A stretch of DNA of 64,000 nt, from NCBI GenBank assembly GCA_963840035.1, contig CAWIXE010000002.1, positions 896,001 to 960,000 on the forward strand, in the 5' to 3' direction. A program made the translations under genes and the position numbers. Each line of letters begins with the position of its first letter. The stretch's first letter is position 1. Below are positions 51,351-61,257 of this stretch, in pieces. This DNA is from a candidate division FCPU426 bacterium. GTDB taxonomy: Bacteria > Oederibacteriota > PGYV01 > Palsa-1178. The notes below the pieces were generated by a model. It had not been told where the DNA came from. It saw nothing but the letters and a program-made list of their open reading frames with translations, and made no database searches.

Positions 51351-51480
51351 AACACTTGATCGAAAATATTTCAATTTTGACATCAATCCCATTATAACAA
51401 CTTGACTGAATGCGGGAAATGCTATAACATAAAAAACATCAAATTATTCCCATAATTTTATTATGAATACGGGGGCTCAA

Positions 51481-52779
51481 ATGAAAAAGACGATACATTT
51501 GTTAATAGTTTTATCACTCATGTTTTTGGTGTTGGCATCCTGCGGCAAAAAGAATAATCCTGCCGCGCCGTCGGTTAACCCCACATTAACACAAACACTG
51601 CGCGATACAGGGACACCTACCTTTACCCGGTCAGTCACGGATTCCCCCACTGAAACCGCAACACGCACGAGCACTCCGCCGGCTACCGGGACATACACGA
51701 ATACGCCGACAGCTACCGGCACTGACACATTTACGCTGACAGCTACCGATACATATACTGTTACCACGACCGGCACCGAAACCCTGACATTTACAGAAAC
51801 AGCCACTTTTTCACCGACATCCACCCCTACCAGGACAAACACGATTACAAACACGCCTAACGCGACCCAGACAGCGGCGGCCCAGCTCACCGCTGAGGCC
51901 CGGCAGACCGTGGTCATTGGATTGCCGTATACTTCATTTGCTTCGGTGCCCGGCGGGACTTTCGTACAGGCAGCCCCGGGTTCTAGCTTCACCCATACGG
52001 TTTCATCTTTTTACATGTCCAAGTATGAAGTGACTTATGAACTTTGGTACGAAGTATATATGTGGGCATTAAGTAACGGGTATGTCTTTAATAACCTGGC
52101 CCATGAAGGAAGTGTCGGGTATTCCGGAGGGGTTCCGACGTCAAGAAAGCTTGAGCCCGTAACCTGGGTTACATGGAGAAGCGCAATTGTCTGGTGCAAC
52201 GCGTACAGCCAGATGACAGGCCGCACGCCAGTGTATTATTCTGACGCGGGGTTTACAACTCTTATAAAGAATTCAACAGCCGGGACTTACAGCGGTTCTG
52301 TTAATACCACACCCGGGAGTTTTGACAATCCTTACGTAAACTGGTCCTGCGACGGTTTCCGCCTTCCGACAGAGGGCGAATGGCAATTCGCGGCAAGATA
52401 CATAGACGGCACAACCTGGACCCCGTATACATACGTATCCGGCGACTCAGCGCCGAGCAGTTCGTCCGCAACCATTGGCGATTATTGCTGGTATTCAGGA
52501 AACTCGGGAAACACCAGCCACGACGTCGGGACAAAGCTGCCCAATGCACTTGGCATATATGACATGTCAGGAAATGCCTATGAATGGTGCTTTGATTTCT
52601 ATGGAAATTATCCCGGCACTTCCACGGATTATAAGGGGGCCGCGGCCAACAACCTTCGCTCCATATTGGGCGAACATTTCTGGGACGACGCCCAATACAT
52701 GTATGTGGGCATGCGCAGCAACGTCTATGCATGGGGCGCGAATCACATTATAACCATACGGCTAGCAAGGACTCAGTAA
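51481..52779 (+). CDS. Thr-stalk lipoprotein with FGE-sulfatase/SUMF1 (CLec-fold) domain
   Basis: LASCGKK; SKYEVT, PV.WV.W, FRLPTEGEWQFAAR, NALGIYDMSGNAYEWC. Confidence 0.85.
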   Translation: MKKTIHLLIVLSLMFLVLASCGKKNNPAAPSVNPTLTQTLRDTGTPTFTRSVTDSPTETATRTSTPPATGTYTNTPTATGTDTFTLTATDTYTVTTTGTETLTFTETATFSPTSTPTRTNTITNTPNATQTAAAQLTAEARQTVVIGLPYTSFASVPGGTFVQAAPGSSFTHTVSSFYMSKYEVTYELWYEVYMWALSNGYVFNNLAHEGSVGYSGGVPTSRKLEPVTWVTWRSAIVWCNAYSQMTGRTPVYYSDAGFTTLIKNSTAGTYSGSVNTTPGSFDNPYVNWSCDGFRLPTEGEWQFAARYIDGTTWTPYTYVSGDSAPSSSSATIGDYCWYSGNSGNTSHDVGTKLPNALGIYDMSGNAYEWCFDFYGNYPGTSTDYKGAAANNLRSILGEHFWDDAQYMYVGMRSNVYAWGANHIITIRLARTQ

Positions 52780-52928
52780 TAGGACAACGATTTCAACCAT
52801 TGTCTGCCGTTTTTAAAAGACGCCAGTAAGTTTAGTGCCAGACCCCGGGTTAACAGCTAATAACCAAGTAATGGCCGCGGTGAGTGTTCCCCGCCGGGCC
52901 CTTATCCGAAGTACGTGCTGAAAACAAA

Positions 52929-53029
52929 GAATGGCACCAGGCCATGGGTTAATGGTTATAAATCACTTAATAACAGCTGAACCGGAATAGCTTTTATCGG
53001 CTATTAACCCGGGGTCTGGCGCCATTTTA
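52929..53029. mobile_element. ~100-bp MITE/REPIN-like element (family C), with an extra half copy at about 52833
   Basis: AATGGCACCAGGCCATGGGTTAATGG ... CTATTAACCCGGGGTCTGGCGCCATTTT. Confidence 0.55.
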
Positions 53030-53030
53030 A

Positions 53031-54935
53031 TCACTTTAAAATTATAGCCACCTTCGGTTTTGAATACGCCTTTTCAGGGCCGTCCTCCGCATAAACTGAT
53101 ATGTAATAACTTCCGGCACTGAGCCCGCCGAGTTTTCGCTTCGGCAGTGTAAGCACGGTGTCACGCAGGAAATATCCTTTATATGCCTGATCTATTACGA
53201 GCCTAAAGGATGTTGTGTATATCCTGACATGAATCATGGACGCGTGACGCGTCACATCAAACTTCACCATCAAATCCGCATGCTGACTGACGGGATTTGG
53301 GAACAAAATAACATCAACTATTTCAAACTTTTCTTTTTCCTCCGCCGTGGGTACGGCAGTGGCCGTCCCTGTCGGCATCGGCGATGGTGTCAGCGTCATG
53401 GTTCCGGAAAAAACAGCCGTAAATGTGGGCGTTGCGGTAAATGAAGATGCCGCTGTCCGAGTTGCTGTCATTGTATTAATCTGCGTGCCTGTCGGCAATA
53501 ATGTCGGCGTGGATGTGCGTGTGGCTGTAAATGACGGCACCACCGTCAACGTGAACGTGGCAGTCGTAAGCACAGCCGTAAAAGTCGCGCTTTCAACCGC
53601 TGTGGCTGTCATGCTTGGCACAGTTGTATTCGTCAGTGAAGGCGTAGCCGTATGTGTGGCTGTATTAACCGGGCTTACGGTCAGTGTCGGCGACTGGGAT
53701 TGCGTTGCTGTTTCTGTATAGGTTGAACTCGGGGACACTGTATTTATGTACGTCCCTGTTACGGTAAACGTAGGCGTAAAAATCCCGGATGTATGCGTTG
53801 ACGTTGCCTCCGCTGTCCTTGTATAAGTGCGCGTAACCGTGTTCGTGTAAGTGGCTGTAGGAGGAGCAGGTGTCTGAGTGTGCGTAGATGTACCGGTAGT
53901 AGACCCCGTGATTGTACATGTCGGCGTACCTGTAATTGTGTTTGTCGGTGTACCTGTCTTTGTGCTTGTTGCCGTAACTGTCTTCGTGCTTGTCGCCGTA
54001 CCTGTCTTCGTGCTTGTCGCCGTACCTGTCTTCGTGCTTGTCGCCGTACCTGTCTTTGTGCTTGTCGCCGTACCTGTTGATGTAAACGTGGCTGTGATCA
54101 CGGGCGTCGCCGTACGCGTGCGCGTCCTTGTTATTGTTGCGGATGGCACGCAGCCGGCCGGTATTGTCCCGTTGAAACCTGTATTATACTGGTCTGTAAT
54201 CGCGAGCACGAGGTAGCCGTTCTTTATCACCGCGTTCTGCGGTATAAAGTCGCACTCATTCTCGGCAAAAGTGTGTGTGGCAGCCTGCCACCTGGATGTG
54301 TTAAATGTGTCAAAATCATCCTTCCACTGCAGGGTAAAATTATTGCCGGTGCCGTAATTTCCGCTGCCCGGAGTATATGAGTAATACGACGCGTAATCAT
54401 AATAGGCGTATGCCGGCAAGGAAGCCGGGTCAAAAGCGCCTGCCCAGGACGCCAGGTTTGTGGCCCAGTGGTTGAGCATGAATTTTTGGGTAAAAGTCAG
54501 TTCCGCTATATGGCTCCCCGAATCCCTGTACACCTCGGCGCCGTCTATAAACCACGCCACATATGAAGGCGTCCATTCAACCGCATAAACTATGAAGCAT
54601 TTTGTAGGGTCGGTTCCCAGCATTTGTATGTGTTCATGCATGGTGTGGTTATAGGTAATGGCATTGAACTGAACGCGGTCATTGTAAAGTCCCAGCACCT
54701 CAACGTCCAGTTCGTTCCACTGTGGAGTGGTGAAGTTGTCATCATTGAATGTAAACATAGTGGACAATATGCCGCTCTTGTTCGAAGCAAGCATCCGCAT
54801 TTCAAATCTTCCATATTTATATGATGTTGTCGTCCTGATTTCAGCCGCCTTGTAATTCTTCGCGTATGCCGGCTGTGAGGCCAAAATAAATAAAACCAGA
54901 GTAACGAACCACAGAACCTTCCTGCTCTTTGCCAT
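53031..54935 (-). CDS. Secreted GH16 beta-glucanase + long Thr-rich stalk + C-terminal FPNP sorting-like domain
   Basis: YKYGRFE, catalytic WNELDVE, EWTPSYVAWFIDG; VILFPNP...IYT...GSYYI. Confidence 0.88.
   Translation of the reverse strand: MAKSRKVLWFVTLVLFILASQPAYAKNYKAAEIRTTTSYKYGRFEMRMLASNKSGILSTMFTFNDDNFTTPQWNELDVEVLGLYNDRVQFNAITYNHTMHEHIQMLGTDPTKCFIVYAVEWTPSYVAWFIDGAEVYRDSGSHIAELTFTQKFMLNHWATNLASWAGAFDPASLPAYAYYDYASYYSYTPGSGNYGTGNNFTLQWKDDFDTFNTSRWQAATHTFAENECDFIPQNAVIKNGYLVLAITDQYNTGFNGTIPAGCVPSATITRTRTRTATPVITATFTSTGTATSTKTGTATSTKTGTATSTKTGTATSTKTVTATSTKTGTPTNTITGTPTCTITGSTTGTSTHTQTPAPPTATYTNTVTRTYTRTAEATSTHTSGIFTPTFTVTGTYINTVSPSSTYTETATQSQSPTLTVSPVNTATHTATPSLTNTTVPSMTATAVESATFTAVLTTATFTLTVVPSFTATRTSTPTLLPTGTQINTMTATRTAASSFTATPTFTAVFSGTMTLTPSPMPTGTATAVPTAEEKEKFEIVDVILFPNPVSQHADLMVKFDVTRHASMIHVRIYTTSFRLVIDQAYKGYFLRDTVLTLPKRKLGGLSAGSYYISVYAEDGPEKAYSKPKVAIILK
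53950..54077. repeat. In-frame 24-bp tandem repeat, about 5 copies (TATSTKTG)
   Basis: GTACCTGTCTTYGTGCTTGTYGCC repeated every 24 bp. Confidence 0.85.
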
Positions 54936-55240
54936 ATTTTCTCCTTAATCATTCTGATACCAAGCGGCTTAATTACAGGTTACCGGTAAACTTACGGGCC
55001 AAAAAAAATCCTATATCCGTCATCTTCCCTAAAATTTGTAAGTGGTAATATACTGTGATAGCCGTAACATTTAACCAGCTGTCATCCCCGCTCCCGGTTA
55101 TACTAATAAACTATATTCTGAATTTTACCACACCGAAGCCTTAATTTCAACCTATAACACCCTGCGTAACAATACAAACAAATGAAAAAGGGTGTAAGAT
55201 GATGATTCAGTCCGCCTCCCGATTTACAAAACGGGATTGA

Positions 55241-55702
55241 CTACTCTTTAAGCATTTTTTCCAGCTCTTCAAACTCCTTTATCATATCCCCGGTGCTTAT
55301 CGTTCTTTCCGGGGCCTGGCCGTGCGCACCCACGCCCGCGTTAAACGCGTAAGCAAGGCACGTATTGTAGATGTTAATGTCATCTAATAGGCGGTTTACA
55401 GCCTCTTTTTTCTTTCCGGTTATGCCCGCTTTCCTAAGGGCTAACATGTCCCGGGTCTGCAGCCAGTGCTGTATTTCCCACTGCGCCTTTATCATACCCT
55501 CTGTTTCATTGCCCGTCTTCCTGATAAGTGCATCGCAGTTATAAAGGAATAAGAGGTTTTCTTTGCATTCCAGTATGGTATCTATGGTCAGGGTTTTTAT
55601 GGCCCTGTATTTTTGAAATTCCTGGTAACCCACAAACGCCGCGAATACGGCTAATAAAATCAAAACTACTTTAAGAACGGTTTTTCCATGCATTGAAGCC
55701 AC
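55241..55702 (-). CDS. Hypothetical protein with N-terminal TM
   Basis: 153-aa ORF with one hydrophobic helix. Confidence 0.6.
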   Translation of the reverse strand: MASMHGKTVLKVVLILLAVFAAFVGYQEFQKYRAIKTLTIDTILECKENLLFLYNCDALIRKTGNETEGMIKAQWEIQHWLQTRDMLALRKAGITGKKKEAVNRLLDDINIYNTCLAYAFNAGVGAHGQAPERTISTGDMIKEFEELEKMLKE

Positions 55703-55706
55703 CTCT

Positions 55707-56093
55707 TCATTTATCAGAATTTTCCTGATTTTCAGTCTCTGGGGCCTTTTTCTTTTGCCTCACAATTAAAAACATGCCAACTACCATCAGCACCATACTT
55801 ATAATGGACGCGGCGCCCTTGATGACATAATATGCCGAGAGCACTTCCTGCATCTTTGGGTTTGTAAGGTCGGTAAATGTCCGGGATATGCCCGGGACGA
55901 ACAGCATTGACGGTATATAGTTAAGCAGGCTTATGGCAGACGCGATAAGCACGAGCATAAAGCCGGAGTTGGATTTTTGTCTCCAGCCGATAAAACACGC
56001 TATAATCAGGAGGATGTAGAGTGTGACCCAGAGCAGGTAGTTAAGCCAGTAGCCAAGGTGAAACAGAGTAACAATAGAACCCATGTTTTCCAT
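55707..56093 (-). CDS. Hypothetical 3-TM membrane protein
   Basis: GGAGG RBS; three hydrophobic helices. Confidence 0.68.
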   Translation of the reverse strand: MENMGSIVTLFHLGYWLNYLLWVTLYILLIIACFIGWRQKSNSGFMLVLIASAISLLNYIPSMLFVPGISRTFTDLTNPKMQEVLSAYYVIKGAASIISMVLMVVGMFLIVRQKKKAPETENQENSDK

Positions 56094-56105
56094 AAGAACC
56101 TCCGG

Positions 56106-56941
56106 TAAGGCTAATTAACAATTAATAATTTACAATTAACAATTTTCGTCTATCGCGCCGGGGCGCGATTGATTTGGGCTTTACAACTAACCTTACTTCT
56201 AACCTGTAGAGAGGGGGCTTGCTCCCTCTCTATGTTGGCATTAGAACAACTACCTTTTTCACCCTGCAACGTTTAGAGGGGGCAAGCCCCCTCTCTACAA
56301 AATCTAAATATGTTTAAGGGCAATTAACAATTAATAATTTACAATTAATAATTTTCGTCAATCGCGCCGGGGCGCGATTGATTTGGGCTTTACAACTAAC
56401 CTTGCTTCTAACCTGTAGAGAGGGGGCTTGCTCCCTCTCTATGTTGGCATTAGAACAACTACCTTTTTCACCCTGCAACGTTTAGAGGGGGCAAGCCCCC
56501 TCTCTACAAAATCTAAATATGTTTAAGGGCAATTAACAATTAATAATTTACAATTAACAATTTTCGTCTATCGCGCCGGGGCGCGATTGATTTGGGCTTT
56601 ACAACTAACCTTGCTTCTAACCTGTAGAGAGGGGGCTTGCTCCCTCTCTATGTTGGCATTAGAACAACTACCTTTTTCACCCTGCAACGTTTAGAGGGGG
56701 CAAGCCCCCTCTCTACAAAATCTAAATATGTTTAAGGGCAATTAACAATTAATAATTTACAATTAACAATTTTCGTCTATCGCGCCGGGGCGCGATTGAT
56801 TTGGGCTTTACAACTAACCTTGCTTCTAACCTGTAGAGAGGGGGCTTGCTCCCTCTCTATGTTGGCATTAGAACAACTACCTTTTTCACCCTGCAACGTT
56901 TAGAGGGGGCAAGCCCCCTCTCTACAAAATCTAAATATGTT
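56106..56941. repeat. Tandem array of 4 x 209-bp REP-containing units
   Basis: AATTAACAATTAATAATTTACAATT at 56113, 56322, 56531 and 56740; hairpins ATCGCGCC-GGCGCGAT, GTAGAGAGGGGGCTTGCTCCCTCTCTA, AGAGGGGGCAAGCCCCCTCT. Confidence 0.95.
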
Positions 56942-56983
56942 AGTGCCGGCGCATAACTCCGGTCTGTAAACAGATCCAAATAT

Positions 56984-58441
56984 TTATGGCATGTATATAT
57001 ATTCAAAATTTATCCTGTAACCTATATTCTCAAGCGGTGCGCAGGTTGGCGGGGCGGCTTTTATGTAGTAAGTCCCGTCTGTGGATATGGTCAGATACGT
57101 TTGCGCGTCGATTATTGCCATGGACGAGTTATAAAGCGTAAGGACCGGGTTTACCGCGGAGGTTGAATCCGTTGTCGAGAGGTTTATGTATGAAGAATAA
57201 TCCAGGACAACCTCAATCTTTATCCAATCCTCGTCACACGCGCCGTCAAAGGTATGCTGCTGGTAAAAGTATACATTGTCTCCGGGCGCCACGAAATCCT
57301 CCACTATATTCACTGTGGCTTGTGTATCGTCCCCTGCGCCCTGTTCATATATATCCGGCTGGTTTACTGCCACCGTAGACGTGGCCGTGGCTGTGGGCGT
57401 GGCTGTTCTGGTCGCGGTTGAAGTCCTGGTTATGGTGGCCGATGGAAGCGGATTGCCTATGGATATGGTATAAAGTTTCTCCATGGCAGTGCCGCATGAC
57501 GCGTCCATCACCTTTAAACGCATTACCACGCAGTCGGCCGGCACTGTCACATCAAAATCCCCGGCAGGATAAGGGACGGGGGTTGTATCCGTCTCGTTGC
57601 TGCTGTTAAAAAAGAAGACGCTGCATGTGTTGTTAAACGCCGCGCTCTTATTTGTGAATCTCACCGGAATAACCTGCCCGGGGGTTGTTTCCAGGCTCAT
57701 GGTGTCTGCATCGCAGTAATTGTGAAAACTGTGGTTCTCGGCCACTCCGGATACGACATAACGGTATGAACCGTTGTCGTTCTCATACATATCGGCGGTG
57801 CCGTTTATGAAAATCGTAGGCGTCATAGTCGGGGTCTGTATTAATTCGCCTATGGTTACCGAATAGCTTTTATCCCCGGCATCAGAACAGGCCCCTTCCT
57901 GCAGCGACACGCAGAAATAACCACAATCCGCCGGCACTGTTACGTCAAAGTCGGTGTTATTAAAATTACCAGCCGCAACATAGGTTCCTGTATTGTAGTT
58001 GTAAAACATGACCGAACACGAGAAATAAAGAGCAGCCCCTTTATTTGTAAATCTAACCGGCACCTCCTGCCCCGGGCTTACCAGGAGCTGCATGTTGTCA
58101 TGGTCGCACATTCCGTCGCCGCTAAAAGTGTGATTCTCCGTTACCCCCGGAGTTACAAACCTGAAGTAATCCGGGTCGTCGTCCGAATCGTCCTCATAAA
58201 TATCCGGTTCATTTAAATACCGTGTCTCCGTCGGCGTAATTGTTACCGTGGGAGATAATGTCACAGAAGGAGAAAACGTTGATGTAATTAAGGGATCAAC
58301 CTGTGTCGCAGTCATACTCGCAGTCAAAGTCGCTGTAGAAACCGAGGCCCCGGGAGACGCCGGGCTGTTCTTGCCGCATGATGAGACAAATACTAACACG
58401 TTCAAAACCACCGCCGTCATTACAAGTATCCCTTTTTTCAT
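56984..58441 (-). CDS. Thr-stalk lipoprotein with three repeated D-x-Y-E...H-x-F...C-D-x-D domains
   Basis: VSSCGKNSPASP; PDIYE/ADMYE/PDIYE repeats separated by Thr linkers. Confidence 0.78.
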   Translation of the reverse strand: MKKGILVMTAVVLNVLVFVSSCGKNSPASPGASVSTATLTASMTATQVDPLITSTFSPSVTLSPTVTITPTETRYLNEPDIYEDDSDDDPDYFRFVTPGVTENHTFSGDGMCDHDNMQLLVSPGQEVPVRFTNKGAALYFSCSVMFYNYNTGTYVAAGNFNNTDFDVTVPADCGYFCVSLQEGACSDAGDKSYSVTIGELIQTPTMTPTIFINGTADMYENDNGSYRYVVSGVAENHSFHNYCDADTMSLETTPGQVIPVRFTNKSAAFNNTCSVFFFNSSNETDTTPVPYPAGDFDVTVPADCVVMRLKVMDASCGTAMEKLYTISIGNPLPSATITRTSTATRTATPTATATSTVAVNQPDIYEQGAGDDTQATVNIVEDFVAPGDNVYFYQQHTFDGACDEDWIKIEVVLDYSSYINLSTTDSTSAVNPVLTLYNSSMAIIDAQTYLTISTDGTYYIKAAPPTCAPLENIGYRINFEYIYMP

Positions 58442-58476
58442 TTTTCCCCCAATAGTATAATTCGTTAACCCCAACT

Positions 58477-58660
58477 GTAAGGGCAATTAACAATTTTCGT
58501 CTATCGCGCTGTGGCGCGATTGATTTGGACTTAACAACTTACCTTACATCTAACCTGTAGAGAGGGGGCTTGCTCCCTCTCTATGTTGGCATTAGAACAA
58601 CTACCTTTATCACCCTGCAACGTTTAGAGGGGGCAAGCCCCCTCTCTACAAGATCTAAAT
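58477..58660. repeat. Single copy of the 209-bp family unit (a partial copy lies at about 59445-59565)
   Basis: Same GTAGAGAGGGGGCTTGCTCCCTCTCTATGTTGGCATTAGAACAACTACC sequence. Confidence 0.85.
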
Positions 58661-58679
58661 ACGTATTAAAAACTTCGTT

Positions 58680-59417
58680 TTAATATAACTGCACCATGTC
58701 TATCATGAAATCATCGCTCCACTGCGAATTACCCGACGCTGATATGGCGTACATGTCCCATTCAAATCTCCTGACTTCCGTCAATATCTGGCTTACGGTC
58801 TGGGGATGGCTGCCGGTAAATGAATCAAAGGCAAAACCCTGGGTTAACTCGGCAAAATTTATGTTGAACTGCTGCCACGTGAGCGGCGCGGTTATTACAA
58901 ATTCCTTCCTGTACCTTGACTTTATGCCCTGGTCCTGCTCTGTCTGGGACCCGAGGGCAAAACTAAAGTGCATATCCTTATTGTAAAGCGAAGTCGTGGA
59001 AACGCTTGAATAGGCGTAAAAGCTGATGCCGGAGTATGCCGATATGTCCGCGGCATATGTCACGGTGGTATACATGCCGGTAAAACCGTATTGTAATGAA
59101 GGCGGGTAAACTATACTGGTAAAAATTAACTGATTTGTTATCTTTGCGCAGCCCGCAGTGGAGCCAGGGGCTCCGCCTGACGCCATAAATGTGCTTGATG
59201 ATATATTTGAATTGGCGTTTGTAAGGCCCAGGTCCACGTCGTCAAAAGCGTACCAGCTGCCGCCGAGTAAATTTTGCGAATTACCATCTTCGCAATCGTC
59301 AATAAGCAAAGGTGCCGGGCCGGCCGGCCCCGGATTAGTGCCTTTATTATCGCTTGTGCATCCAAAAAATAACGCTGAAACCAATAGTGCCGCTGCCAGG
59401 AAATGGATCTTTTTCAT
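58680..59417 (-). CDS. Lipoprotein with CBM11/CIA30-like domain
   Basis: FFGC lipobox; LIDDCEDGN.QNLLGGSWYAFDD, YSGISFYA, WQQFNINFAEL.Q. Confidence 0.75.
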   Translation of the reverse strand: MKKIHFLAAALLVSALFFGCTSDNKGTNPGPAGPAPLLIDDCEDGNSQNLLGGSWYAFDDVDLGLTNANSNISSSTFMASGGAPGSTAGCAKITNQLIFTSIVYPPSLQYGFTGMYTTVTYAADISAYSGISFYAYSSVSTTSLYNKDMHFSFALGSQTEQDQGIKSRYRKEFVITAPLTWQQFNINFAELTQGFAFDSFTGSHPQTVSQILTEVRRFEWDMYAISASGNSQWSDDFMIDMVQLY

Positions 59418-59967
59418 TCCGCTTGCCCCCTGTTTGAATTATAAAACCTTTCTTTATCACCCTTCTATGTTTAGAGGGGGCAAGCCCCCTCTCTACAAAA
59501 TCTAAATACGTTTAAGGGCAATTAACAATTGTGGTCTATCGCGCTGGGGCGCGATTGTTTTGGGCCTTAAAACAATGAACAATGAACAACTGCATCTCTA
59601 CAATCCCGCACTTTATAATAGAAAGTGCCATAGCACACCATAATTATTAATTGTTAATTGCCATAGAAAGGATAATTCTGATTATTTCCGTTTTGCATCA
59701 TGACTTCCTTTATTATTGTATTCCCCGAAGAAATCCTACCACACACACACATTCATTTCAACCCAAACAGCTGTTCCTTTTTAGGAAAATCTTTTTTCTC
59801 CGACCCTTGGTCGGCCCCGGTGCCGACACGCATAAAATCCAAATACGAACCGGCAGGGCAAATTAGCGCCGCGGTTAATAAAAAAAATGTTTATCAGAGC
59901 ACACTTGAAATTTTCCTGTATTTATGCAAATATATTAAACAACAATATTGATCCGGGGGGTTCTTTC

Positions 59968-60528
59968 ATGGCAAAAAAAATTGTAATGTTTATTTCTGTT
60001 TTAATGATGCTTTCGTCATTTCAGGCGTGCAAGAACACTTCTCCATCAACGCCCGCGGCATCAACCCCGGGAATGACTTTTACAGTCACCGTAACCAGCT
60101 CGCGGACAGCCACTTATACGCGGACGCCTTCCGCGACTTATACGCGCACAATCACACCGACTTTCACAATGACGCCCTCTTTTACAGCCACGCGCACTTC
60201 CACGCCGGCGCATTCTCCGACAGCGACTGCCACATATACATTTAACCCGCTGCTTACTTCCCTGTCTCCTGACACGGGCACATTCAACACCGGGGATATT
60301 GTCCCTATTACCATTTATATTAACCAGCCATCGCCTGCAGGCGGAACTCAAATAGCCCTTAATACCACCGGCGGCTGCGCCAGCGTGGCTCCAATCGCCT
60401 TAATCGCAGGAGGCATGAGCAGCTGCACCATAAACATGACTGTCGGTGTTGTCCCTTGCTCCGGAGGTCTGGTCGCCACGCTTTCAACAAGCACAGTAAC
60501 AGGATCATATGACGTGGTTGCGCCATAA
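59968..60528 (+). CDS. Thr-stalk lipoprotein
   Basis: FQACKNTSP lipobox, TRTPSATYT repeats. Confidence 0.72.
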   Translation: MAKKIVMFISVLMMLSSFQACKNTSPSTPAASTPGMTFTVTVTSSRTATYTRTPSATYTRTITPTFTMTPSFTATRTSTPAHSPTATATYTFNPLLTSLSPDTGTFNTGDIVPITIYINQPSPAGGTQIALNTTGGCASVAPIALIAGGMSSCTINMTVGVVPCSGGLVATLSTSTVTGSYDVVAP

Positions 60529-60732
60529 ATCAATTGCAATAGGCCATATTTCCGTTTACAGGTTGTCATTGCGAGGTGCCGTATTTGTTTTATGGCGACG
60601 AAGTCGACCGCTAGAAAATCAAACGTTTATTATTGGTTAATTAACAATTATGGCGCAGCTATATTATTATTATAAAAAAGTGCGTAAGCACACCATAATT
60701 GTCAATTCTTAATTGTAAATTGTTAATTGTTT

Positions 60733-61152
60733 TCACACACCTTCAAGTATTGTCGTAAAAATATCGTGGTGTTCCTCTTCATCCTTGAGTATGTGCTCGA
60801 AAATCTCTTTTGTCGTATAATCCTTCTCCTCCTGCGCCAGCTCCACTATCTGTTTGTAAAGCGCAATTGCGACCTCTTCATCCTTTTTGTTCTGTTCTAA
60901 CATTTCCTTCAGACCGTTGCCGACATTTATCGGCGTCGGTTTTGCCGTGGGCACGCCGCCTAAGTAGTTAAGCCTTTCCGCTATCATTTCCGCGTGTTTC
61001 ATCTCCTGTATGGCTATTTTTTTAAACTCATCTTTTACAGCAAAAGCCTTTGCGCCTGACCATAGCACGTGCTGCCACATGTACTGTATCGAGACCTGCA
61101 GTTCCCGCGCGATACCGTCGTTCAACAACCCAAGCAGTTTTTCCGAAGCCAT
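60733..61152 (-). CDS. Ferritin-like (bacterioferritin-type) di-iron protein
   Basis: RELQVSIQY, QEMKHAEMIAER, DEE.AI.LY, DEEEH. Confidence 0.88.
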   Translation of the reverse strand: MASEKLLGLLNDGIARELQVSIQYMWQHVLWSGAKAFAVKDEFKKIAIQEMKHAEMIAERLNYLGGVPTAKPTPINVGNGLKEMLEQNKKDEEVAIALYKQIVELAQEEKDYTTKEIFEHILKDEEEHHDIFTTILEGV

Positions 61153-61257
61153 AACCACCCTCCTCATATTTTTTTACTCCCAATTTCGCCGCAATTCAGG
61201 TTTTGTTATTTAATTATAATAACAATGTGCCGCCGCACACCATAATTGTTAATTGTA

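Noticed and set aside
51481..52779. Complete diversity-generating retroelement
   Set aside because: No reverse transcriptase, accessory gene or template repeat is visible in the window
56106..56941. CRISPR array
   Set aside because: The 209-bp units are near-identical along their full length, with no spacers
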